Positions 26,177 through 37,395 of a stretch of DNA of 64,000 nt are shown here, one piece after another. Location: assembly GCF_964355755.1 (NCBI RefSeq), contig NC_092676.1:8843888-8907887 (forward strand), given 5' to 3'. The notes beneath the pieces are model-generated. The model was not told the origin of the DNA. It was given only the letters and a program-made list of their open reading frames with translations, and did not search any database. Within the stretch, counting starts at the first letter, position 1, and every line of letters starts with the position of its first letter. Origin of the DNA: Antedon mediterranea. Taxonomy: Eukaryota; Animalia; Echinodermata. Position numbers and translations under genes: made by a program.

Positions 26177-26330
26177 CTGGTACTTTAAGTATAAAAATCA
26201 GTTATGTTTATGTATGCATTTTTTCAAGCTGTTAAACACGGAAACGAGTAGGCCTAGCCTATCCTAGTCTAGTCTTAAGTTAACTCCTCGCCGCCTCGCT
26301 CGTCGCGGTCTAAACTCCCAGTGTCAGGCA
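26177..26330 (-). promoter_or_regulatory. Probable non-coding first exon and promoter of the USP gene
   Basis: Donor CCAG|GTAGGT at 26177/26176 (minus); GC-richer patch CCGCCTCGCTCGTCGCGG; the first coding exon is preceded by an acceptor, so an upstream UTR exon is required. Confidence 0.45.
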
Positions 26331-26345
26331 CACAACACACACACT

Positions 26346-27184
26346 CAAAGAATATATATATCACAAGAATGAGTATTCCGCGATTTTCCCTGTAACAGTA
26401 ATATTGTCCATGTGGTAGGGCGCCGCCATAAGTGTGGATGTATCTGGGATGTATACAACTTTTTGTGACGGTTTCACTAATCAAAGGCTGGACCACCGGT
26501 AGTATTTTCATGATAAAAAATGTTATCAACTACATGCCAACATCATGTTAAATACTATTTGGATATTTAATTGTTCGTTTTATGCAATTTATTTAGTAAA
26601 AACTGCCGTATAAACAGTTTGCTTTATCAACCGGGCGCTACGATAGCGTGACCGGGCGTGTTGGTGTTTACGTGTTTTCACGTAGGATAGTTTAATAATA
26701 TTCCTATATTTAACTTGTTTCTGGTAAAACAAATAAATGTTAATGACATTTAACATTTTTTCCTATTAATAACATGTATCTTATACTAATTTATATCATA
26801 AAAACAATACTTAATTTACCGGGCGTAGAGTAGTACACGGGCAATGGTAAAGAATAGGCCGTGCTGAGTAACGATTCGTTGACTTTTGGTGTTGCTGTGT
26901 TAGGCCTTTTTTGTGAACTAACTTAGCATGTTAGTAAATAATTGTCTGTAAAAGTGAATGTACACTAGTTTGATAATAAATATGTATTATAAAATAGTTT
27001 ACAATTGCAAAACTATTATCATAATTCTATTTAATGTGACATGTATAATATCTATTAAATCAAGTCTTATTTAGTATGTATACATCCGCCCTTATGAGGG
27101 CGGGCATCACTCTCTGGAGCTCTCTGTTACAAATTTCTCATGCAAAAATCGCGGAATACTCATTCTTGTGATATATATTCTTTG
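26346..27184. mobile_element. Non-autonomous P-superfamily-like DNA transposon
   Basis: About 40-bp TIR CAAAGAATATATA(TA)TCACAAGAATGAGTATTCCGCGATTTT; CA...TG ends; 7-bp TSD ACACACT on both sides. Confidence 0.8.
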
Positions 27185-28692
27185 ACACACTCTACTGTAC
27201 TACACAGTATATGAAAAATGAAAAAAAAAGTGAATAGCACCACCAATCTTAATCATGTCGTGTCACGTGGTAGAAGCATTCAAATTAAACAGAATTTAGC
27301 ATGGTTATGTATCCAAACAAATTGAAAATAATAGTAGGCCTATATATTTTAAAGTATATTGTAGCCAGTAAATTATAATTGAAATGTCCTTTTTGTTATT
27401 CTTTATTCAACCGAAATTAATGTATTCAGTCCAGTGGTCTTGAATCTGTTTACGACGTTACAGATGTTTTTTAATATAGTCCAGTAAAAGTATGGTTGAA
27501 ATAGAACAAATTGCAACAGTTTTTTTTTTATACTAATAATATTTATTGGGAGTAGTTTACACTTTTACAACAGTGGCACTCGACCAAATGAAAGGTGCAT
27601 CCAGAAGAAAGGACAACACAATATATAAAAAAACACAATATAGTAAATAATAAATACAAATGAAAGTTTCTGGGGATTATGTCAAAACAATTCGACTATA
27701 GTAACTGCAATATCATTGAATAAGTTAAAAATTGTAGGCCTACAGTATAAAGTGAATTAGGCAACAACAATGTAGACCTCACACTATAATATAGTCTGAA
27801 CCAAATATATAGGCCCTACCCGGAAAAAATGGTACAAAGGAAATTTTTACATCATTTAAATAACATATAATATATCCAAAATCGACACAAAAATCCATCT
27901 TGGGGAAACATTTTCAGACGCGTTTTTCTTTTATTTTAAAATAGATAAAAATGGCTACGCCTACTGTAAATTAATAGGATTGTATATCTTGGCAACCGCT
28001 ATACTTACTTTGGTCTTAAATTGTTTACAACATACATATTTCTATTTGCTCTAATGAAAATATTTGTCAAAAAATGGCAGGAAAGGTCATTTTTTTAAAT
28101 ATTGAATGACATATACAATAATACATAATAATAAAAACTGGCTTAGTGTATTTCAAAGAGTCTCATCGTCTGATTCATCATTAATAAAATTACCAATTTC
28201 TCCAAAATGTTGTGACTGTCCCATTTATAGTAATCTTCACATGCTGTTTAGCAATTTGTTCCATTTTTATTTTGTCACAAACTTGTATGTTTGTAACTTT
28301 ATATGTTGTCATTTTTGTCCATCTTATTCTGTGTATGTTCTTTTATAAAAAACAAAATGGGCAACATTAGGGTCTGCAATATATATACATTTGTTAATTT
28401 TTTATATACTTTTTTTTGCCTATATCCATACAGTCAATTAATCAATAATAAAACATTTATTTCCAAAAACTGGTGGAGTTACCTAGAAAGCATATGCTTG
28501 TTACGTTTCAGGACGCCATTAATAAAACACAACACATTAAAGAAAAACATATACTATCAAAAAAATATAAAAAGTATGTTGTACATTCATGAAAAATCTG
28601 GGAAATAGGAAAAATCATGTATTATTTGTTATGGTTATGATTTTTTCCCTCTGAAACAAACTTTGTTTGATATATTTCAAGAAACTACATAA

Positions 28693-29090
28693 AGGCCCAT
28701 TTACACTAGGACGATAACGATCGACGATAAATAGACAAATGTGCATTTTTCATACATAAAACAAAAGAAATATAAAAACTTTTCATTCTAGAACTATAGA
28801 ATAACCTTCTATGCTTCCTTTGATGAAAATGATATTTTCACACGTCCAATCAAATGACGTCATGATTAGTAAGAGCAATAATATCGTGACAATACAACGA
28901 TTTTATTGTTTTTATTTATCATGACGTCATTTGATTGGAATTTTAAAAATATTATTTTTATCAAAGACAGCCTAAATGATTATCCTATATTTCTAGAACG
29001 AAAACCTTTCTAATTTATTTTGTTTTATGTAAAAAAAATGCATGTTTATATATTATCGTCCATTGTTATCGTCCTAGTGTAAATGGGCCT
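28693..29090. mobile_element. Palindromic PIF/Harbinger-like MITE
   Basis: TIR AGGCCCATTTACACTAGGACGATAAC; flanks TAA/TTA; long imperfect fold-back. Confidence 0.8.
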
Positions 29091-30354
29091 TTAGGCTAGT
29101 TTTCGGTAGGCCTACTGTATGTTTCATCTGAAATAGGTCGTTTTTCCGCTGCCAAAACAAAAATTATCTGTTAATTTTTTAATCAAAAAAGTGCGCATGA
29201 TCAGTCATTATCAAACAACCAGAGACCCAATCACATCGCAACACTTTGTCCTTCCGATCAAAGGTTAATAATTATCGCATCTTATCCGATAATCATCTAA
29301 TTTGAATAAGATATAATTATCGGTTAATTTTTCTCGAGTGGAATCGGTTAGATCCCGTTTTCACAGGCAGGTTTTTTTGAATTGAATTGAATTGAATTGA
29401 AGGTTATCGGTTTTAATTTTGATAGGTTAATTTTTGGCTGCGGAAACACGGGGCATAGTAGCAGAGTATCTGTTTGATTTCACACCGGTTTATTGGTCAC
29501 ATTGTTTTAATATGAATGAATCACTGGTTCCACTCATAACATTGTTGTGTATCTGATATTATTTTCATGTTGAAAACTTCTAAAACAGTATATATTTAAA
29601 CTTTATTTAGACACGAGACTGATGTGCAGTACAACTCGTTCAATCAATATTGATTGTATTACAAAAAAAACCAACACCATAAAATACGACCGTAAAACGA
29701 TAGAAAAAATTGAAATTGAAAAGAAACAAAACTACAGCAGAATCCCCTTCATCTGACACCTCTATTTAGGGTAGGCCTACACCATACCGGTACTTCCCGT
29801 GTAAACGGGAACCCTTATCGAAGTGTATAATTCCCCGAAACCTTGACTCAGAAATACAGAGAATTGACTTCAGAAATTGGTTTAGGATGGTCAAACAATC
29901 ATTTTTGGCTTGGTTACACATTTTGAAAATGTGGCGAAAGGTCAAAAGGTCAGGGTGAAAGGTCATAAGACCAACTACTGGTCACAGCGAGGTAATTTTG
30001 GTCTTAAATTGATCAAAAGGTATACATTTATATTCAGTCTAATGGAATATAAATGTATGCCTTCTGAATATTATGAGACCAAAATTGACTTGCTGAGACC
30101 AGTGGTTGCCCGAGATACAAGTACCTTTTTTTATTTGTTCATATAACCCTTGACCCTGACCCTTTGACCTTTTGTAACATTTTACAAAATGTGTAACAAA
30201 TAATAACAAAATATATATTTCGAACAATTTAAAACCAAATTCAAGTGTCTACGACCAGTAGTTACGGAGATACATACATGCCCTGGAGTGTGGGTCAAAG
30301 GTCAGAAATGATATTTCCGATCCTTTTTGACTAAAATGTTGCAGTTACAGTTGC

Positions 30355-30425
30355 ACTAGGTCAGGATTGAACGCGGGACCTTGGGATTGGAAGGCAAGCA
30401 CGTTAACCACCAAGCTACAGCTCCA
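30355..30425 (-). mobile_element. tRNA-derived SINE head or tRNA pseudogene (Gly-TCC-like)
   Basis: GTAGCTTGGTGGTTAACGTGCTTGCCTTCCAATCCCAAGGTCCCGCGTTCAATCCTGA: A and B boxes present, no clean acceptor stem. Confidence 0.55.
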
Positions 30426-30830
30426 CTACAAACCACCAAGCTACAGATCCGCTATTTCCCGTTTTGTTGTGATTTTTTTTCTGTTAAAATTTCTCTTTTT
30501 ATACCTACCCTCCACCCCCCCCCCCATAATAGCCTAATGTGTGGGTGTGTGTGTGGGGGTGTCCAAAGACGCGCGGCGACGTTTAGTTTGCAACCTATTT
30601 TACAAAAGAGATATAGACGAGCGCGGGGGGATGTGGAGAGCGCATTAGTAATGCTTAACATCAGTTTGTATAAGAGAGAGAGAAAAAAAAAAACAAAAAC
30701 AAAAATGTGTTGTATCAAATTTCTTTTCTTTTATTAATCCATAAGAAAGTGACAACATTAAAATAAAAGTGAATTACATACAAAAAGTTTTGCATTGCAG
30801 TTAAAGTTTGGTGCTGTATATATACAATTT

Positions 30831-31075
30831 TTAAATGTCGCATACGCACAAGATTTCTATCGATATCGGCTCATATACTGCCGGTTCTACATTGCATCGT
30901 TGAAAGCACTCATCCGATACAGGAATTGTTTCTGGATAACCAAACAGAGCGGGAAGGCACCTTCCCACGTTTACATCTACTGGGAAAAAGCAATGAGAAC
31001 CAAACAGACCGCATCCATCATTGTCAGGTACGAGAAGCCATTGATCATCAGCAGATCGGTTTAGGCTACACGTTT
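30831..31075 (-). pseudogene. Orphan terminal exon encoding an 8-Cys peptide (ETCSLNRS...EILCVCDI*)
   Basis: Acceptor CTATTCTTTAG, open frame to TAA, downstream AATAAA; the sequence is not integrase-like although it is fused in frame to it in ORF 30831-31487. Confidence 0.4.
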
Positions 31076-31104
31076 CTAAAGAATAGTTTATACCGTGCCA
31101 TCGA

Positions 31105-32556
31105 TCGACTTCAAGTGGTGGAGGTTCAGCATGATATTGAGCGTATGCTTCTGTGCGATGTGCTTTAGCTTGGATATGATTGTTGTTTCTCTGCGTTGGG
31201 AAGTTTACGCTTGGTACAGAGTTCTCTACTTTCCTTTTGAACATTAATGTATATGGTGATGGAATGTCTGATGATATGGGGGTATCTCTCAATGCGACAA
31301 GAATTTCATTTAAACTCTTTTCCCCTTTCTCTGATTTCTTTAGCATGCTTTTGAGTGTTTGTATGCTTCGTTCAGCTCTCCCATTTGCTTGTTCTGTGGA
31401 TGATTTCGCGGTTGTTGCAGAATGCTTGCAGTGTTTCACTTGTAAGCTGCGATCCATTGTCTGAAATGATTGTAGTGGGATTTCCAAACAGTGAAAATAT
31501 GGTTTCGAGCTTGTTGATGACTGTATTGCTTGTCGTGTTTATCATTTGGTTTGCCCATATGTATCATGTGAAGTAGTCAACTGTTAATAGGTATTGCTTT
31601 CCTTCAAATTCAAACAGGTCGATTGCAATGATTTCCATAGCTTCAGATGTATGAATGGGTTTTACTGGTAGTTTTGATTGGCTTCTTTGGTGAGTTTGAC
31701 ATGCATCACAATTGTTTATGATACGTTCTATGTCTGCGTTAATTCCTGGCCAGTATACTGATTGTCTGGCTCTCAGTCTGGTCTTCTCAGTTCCTTGGTG
31801 TTTGTGGAGTATGTTTAGGATTCTTGGTCTCATCTCCTTTGGTATGATGATTCTGGAACCTTTGAGAATTATACCATCATGTATCGCTAGTTCGTATCTA
31901 TGTTGCCAATATGCATGGGTAGTTTTGTTACACTGGTTTTTTCGTTTGGCCATCCATTCAGTATAATTTTGCTGAGTTCTTGTAGCATGTTGTCTGCTGC
32001 GGTTGCTTCTTTTATTTTATCTATGACGAATAATTTCGTATCAGTCAGTTCGTTAATCTGGACATCAAGATCAGGAATTCGAAATGTTCTCTGATTACTG
32101 TCTAGGCAGCGCGAGAGGCAGTCTGCTATCGTGACTTCTTTGCCTGGTACATATTTGATTGTGCCTTTGTAATCCTGCATTTGCAGCATCAGTCGTTGGA
32201 GTCAGCTTGGCATTTTTGAGATGTCCTTCTTGGCGATGTCTTCTAATGGTTTGTGATCAGAGCAGATTGTGAATTCTCGTCCAAACACATAATATCTGAA
32301 GTGTTTTATGGCCCATACGACAGCTAGTGCTTCTCTCTCAATGTTACTGTAATTTTTCTCTGCAGGAGTTAGCGATTTTGATGCGTAATGTACTGGTTTA
32401 TCTTGTTGCATGAGCACTGCTCCAAGGCCTTTCATGCTTGCATCACATTGGATTGTGATCTCTTTCCTGGCATCAAAATATGCAAGGACTGGAGTGTTTA
32501 TGATGGCGTCTTTTATGTTGTCGAGCACTTTGTCATGGCTCGGTGTCCATTCATAT
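31105..32556 (-). mobile_element. Gypsy pol fragment (RNase H plus integrase)
   Basis: QCDASMKGLGAVL...YASKSL..AEKNYSNIEREALA...SDHKPL; H.GTEKTRLRARQSVYWPG...CDAC; DLFEFEGKQYLLTVDYF; QANGRAERSIQTLK. Confidence 0.92.
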
Positions 32557-32659
32557 ACTCGGAGCGGTTATCGTTGTTCTTGCTGGCTGCACTGTCGTCG
32601 CCACTGCTTTCATTGGAAGTTTAGGAGTCAAACAAGAAAATAAATGCTTCATTATTGCC
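32557..32659 (+). pseudogene. Orphan, 5'-truncated tetraspanin-like exon
   Basis: LGAVIVVLAGCTVVATAFIGSLGVKQENKCFIIA followed by a phase-0 GTAAGT donor; resembles the tetraspanin TM2-loop motif FxGCxGAxxENxC. Confidence 0.5.
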
Positions 32660-33549
32660 GTAAGTTCACACATGCCTAACTAAAAGTATCAATAATAAAA
32701 GTGACGCGGTTATGTTGGATATCATGAACCGCAAAACTACTTGATTTACTATGGATAAGATAAATAGGCCTACACATATATATTTCAGTAGTTAATGCAA
32801 CAGTTAATACAAATGTTATACACTATATATTTATGTACAGTAGGTCTAAAAACATGCAACCGCAACAGCTTATTGGAGGGAAGGGGAAACCGTTATTAAT
32901 CAGTTTGTCGTTTGTCAGACTATCTATGAGTCATGCAACTAGATAGTGAAATCAATTAGGATTTCCTTTAGTAAAAATATACCAATTATATTTTACAGCA
33001 ATAGAGTAATATACAAAGCTGGGACAACAAATGGTGTTTTATAGTTTGCCGTGGTAATGCTTCTGCGTCTCATATCTACGACAAGCATCACACCAGCCGT
33101 CAATACGGTAAAGGTTCGATCGTGTGCGGCAGACACCTGTAAAGGATTTCTCTATGTGTTAAACTTTTTATTTGGGGTGAGTACAATAATTTAGGCCTAT
33201 AGAGCATGCATAATTAAACATAGTAAAGAGAAGACATCCTATCACCTTCTCGTGAACCGAACGAGGGTGTTCATGCTACACATTTCAGTAGTTAATGCAA
33301 CAGTTAATACAAATGTTATACACTATATATTTATGTAGGTCTAAAAACATGCAACCGCAACAGCTTATTGGAGGGAAGGGGAAACCGTGATTAATCAGTT
33401 TGTCGTTTTAGTGTAGGCTGGTATGTCGTTTATATGAATGTCGTGTATATTGTTTTGTTAAAAGCAAACTTTGATTTTATTTCATATCTTGATAATAAAA
33501 GGAATGAAAAAAAAATATGTTGCCATTTTTTCAAAAGACAGAAAGAAGC

Positions 33550-34161
33550 CGATTATTATTCAAAGTGATGTTTTATTGGGGAGGCGTTTATTCAAATAAA
33601 TACCATCATAATACATTATTTAATTTAAACATCTTTTGAAACTAACTTCCGCGACAGTGTAGGTCGTTTCGGCCCAAGAAGGAAGATGTTTTAGACGGCT
33701 TGCAATATGGGCTCTAATGGGACACAGATAGCCTACAGTTATTCCTGCCAGCTTACTCAATAAAACTCGGCTATCGGGATTTTATTTTTTAACTACTGTA
33801 CCTTCACACGCGCGGTCCGATCCGAAAATAAACAAAAAACTAAAATAGCTATAGCCACTAACGACCAACTTAACTGAAACCATGTAGTTGTTGCAAGGTC
33901 AACCTGTGAACTCATCGTGAACCCGGAAATTACTTGAAATTGAGTTGAAAATCTACCAATGAATCAGAAATTTTGTTTTAAAACTCTTTATAATATATTC
34001 CTAAGATAGAAATATGGAACAATATCGTAATAGTGAAAACTGTTTTACATTTCGCGATACACCTAAGATAGTTCAGGTAGGTATCCAAGGCAGAAATTTG
34101 TTCCAAAGTTTTTCCATTGTGCTCGCCTATGTCAGAAGTAACCATAATTTATATATATAGA
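33550..34161 (-). mobile_element. 5' part of a non-autonomous Helitron (family of 61324-62658)
   Basis: A|TCTATATATATAAATTATGG 5' end at 34161 (minus); colinear similarity with 61790-62658. Confidence 0.7.
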
Positions 34162-34861
34162 TTTTAAATTACAGATCTCATTTCTTTTCATGAAACTGAA
34201 ACTTGACAGGAGACAGGACCACAATATAAAACAAGTGCATTTATACCTTATTGTGAAATCCTGTACAACTTTTGGCAGAAGCTTGAAAGAAATACAGATA
34301 CAGCTCTGCCTATAAATAACCTTGTAAATGAATGAACTCCTACTTCTCATCTTCTATAATCTCAACCAATTTCATTAGATATGTAGGCTACCCCCTACAG
34401 ACAGACCAACATTATACACTGGTTTGATGAGTGCACATGGTTGTGGTATAAAAACTCATGTACTAGGGAAAGACAAGAATGCCTGGTGATGAGTCTTGCC
34501 CGAGATGAGTGAAGGTGGACAGAGATGACATCAAAAAGCAATTATTATGTCAACCCGGTGAACTATATGGCTTTTGGAAATGTATCATTGTGAAAATAGT
34601 GTTGAGGCAAGTGCTTTTGTTGAAACTGAACTTGTATTACGTATACAATCAGTGACACAAATATCTTAAATGGAAAACATCTCTAAAGGACAGAAGCACA
34701 CTAATTCTGCTTTCTCTCTAAAACTTGCTTCTACAAATGCAGACAGAGAAAGCGATTCTAAGTTAAGTATCATTTTGTTTGAAAGAGGCTGATCATAAAG
34801 ATATTAACTTGAATACCGAGAGTCGACAAAATCTAAATGATGTGGTTAAACTATATCCCTA

Positions 34862-36284
34862 TCTATATTATAAGTGAGAGAGTTTGTCTGTCTGTCTGTC
34901 TGTCTGTTTGTTTGTTTGTTCGTTATACAAATGTTTGTTACTGCACGTAATCTTACATATGGTGTATCAAAATGACCGCAATTGTACCGGGAATGTTCTA
35001 AGCTATATTTCAACATCATCCGCCACCTAGGATCCATGTTAGGGACCAAAATGTGGTCAAAACCCCCACTTTCGATGTTTGTTCGTTATACAAATTTCTG
35101 TTTCTGCACGTAACCATACGTATGGGGTATCAAAATGATGGCAATTGTACCCGGAAGGTTTTAAACTACATTAAAAAAAAATTCCCCCGACTCCTGGGGT
35201 TTTTGTGGGAGGGGTGGGGGCGGGGGGTGGTGTGGTGGTTTGTGATGTCATTTTTTGCTAGGGCTCGGGGTTGTAGGCTATCGAATTGTAAAATTATACT
35301 ACAAAAGTTTTACAGTATTTTAATTATCCTCAGCAAGGCGTTTGGGGAAATATAGATATAGATATAGATATTTTATTCATTAACCAATATGACACCTATT
35401 CAATTACACATTTAGCAAAGTACTTTAACCATATCCAGCTATGTATCGGTCTCTTGGATTGTCTCATTACAGACATCCATACCTGTGTGAACATACACTG
35501 TTTACTGTTACTGTGTTCAACTACATCACCAATCCTCCAAGGAAAAAACGTCAATTGTGGGACAGTGGGATTGGGAGATAGGGTTTGGGGGTTTGGGAGT
35601 TTGGGTTCAGGGGATAGTGGGGATTTCGCTTACACAAGAATTGTGGTTGGAAAATGTATTTAATCATCCCTGGGAAGCGGATGGGAGTTTGGGGTGGGGA
35701 TGTAGGCCTATCACCATGACCGAAACTGTATTTGGAATGTTTTAAACTACATTTGGAAACTGCCACTGAGGGATTATGGGTTGGGAGTGATAATAACATA
35801 ATTTGTACTGGAACCGGCTTCAACACATCACCCAGTGTATCTGGGGTGTGTTTGTAGGGGGAGGAGGAGCGAAAATACTAGCGTAATGAAGTAGCCTATA
35901 TGATTGTATTGTACTAGGAAAAGTTACTAAATTTGAACTGTCCAGGGGAGGAGTTAAGGTTTGTTGATGGTGGCTGGGGTGGTGAAAGGAGAAAGAAGGC
36001 TGGGGGACCGCAGTATCTAAATTACATATTTTAATTATCAGCCAATATGACACCTATTCATTTACACAATTTACAACGTACTTCAACCATTATTAGACCC
36101 ATCGTAGCTATTGAATTGAATTTGTCCATCACTGGGAAGAATTTGTTTTTATGAAAGAGTCTGGGGTATTATTGAAGAGGGGTGGAGGTTGGTGAGTATA
36201 GACAGATACTGGCGTCGGGTGTTATGTACTGAGAAGACTGTAAACTAATTTTGACACCCGCCCTGGGGCGGGTATAATTGCTAG
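34862..36284 (+). mobile_element. Non-autonomous Helitron
   Basis: A|TCTATATTATAAG 5' end with (GTCT)n; 3' hairpin CCCGCCCTGGGGCGGG then CTAG|T; no TSD. Confidence 0.88.
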
Positions 36285-37395
36285 TATATGTATATGAGAG
36301 GACATGTATGTGTGGGACTTGCTGCCGGGATTTACATCAATTGATCAAGGTCATTGAGCGTGGTATAATAGGAATAACACAAATTAATGATTTCATCAGA
36401 GCTGGCAAATCTAGTTAACATTTAAAGACAGATGATATCCCGATTAATGAAGAATGCTGCAATTCGCACAAAGGTGCTTGTTGGCCATGGCATGATGACA
36501 TTGGACAGACAATGTTTGAGGCATTGGTAAAAGTCTTGTAGAAGGCAAACTGTCTATATGGGATCCTAAGGAAAAGACGAATATTGGCAAAAAATATATA
36601 TGACGGTGAATACAGGTCACAAACTTATCAAAGTAAAAGAGGACTCCTATAGAGATTATTTGCCGGTGAAATGAGGTATTTCAGTTATTTTGCCAATTTG
36701 TTTCTGAACAAGGTCCGGTTGTTGGGAACGCAGATCAGTCTGTGGAAGTTTGATGGATACAGTAGTAGAGAACGAAGGAAGGTCAACTTACTGTATCGCA
36801 TTCAAGATTAGAAATATTTCATTGAAGGACTTTGGCAGAGTTAGTTGTCATTTAACTGAAGAAGTTTATGAGATGTTTTAATATGAAGAAGTGTACTGTA
36901 GACCTCCTGATGGTCAACATTTGGTGTTAATCACCATGTTGTTGTCATAAGCATATCATTTTGTGTATTTCAATCTAATTTTATTTAACTTATACAAGTT
37001 TTAATAAGACATTTAACCCATTTTTTAAAAATGGCGGCCATTTTAAAATTCAAAATGGCTGCCATTTTGTGTTAATCACCAATGTTGTTGTCATAGGCCT
37101 ATCATTTTATGTGATTTCAATCAACGTCATAACTTGCACATGTTTTAATAAGAAATTTAATCCATTTAAAAAAAATGGCGGCCATTTTGAAATTCAAAAT
37201 GTCAGAATACTAATGAATATAGGTTTATAATAATTCTTATATAGCAGAGAACTCATATGAACTTAAATATTATTCATAATGGGTGTTACTTTGTCCAATA
37301 TGGTACATTTATTGGATATTTTACGTATTGGCGGCCATCTTGGATTTGACACCCTTAAGCTTTTTAAAAAAAATGGCAACATATTATTTTCATTA

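Noticed and set aside
29766-30340. Another possible Academ-type end (TAGGG..., AAGGTCA repeats)
   Set aside because: No matching opposite end or TSD found
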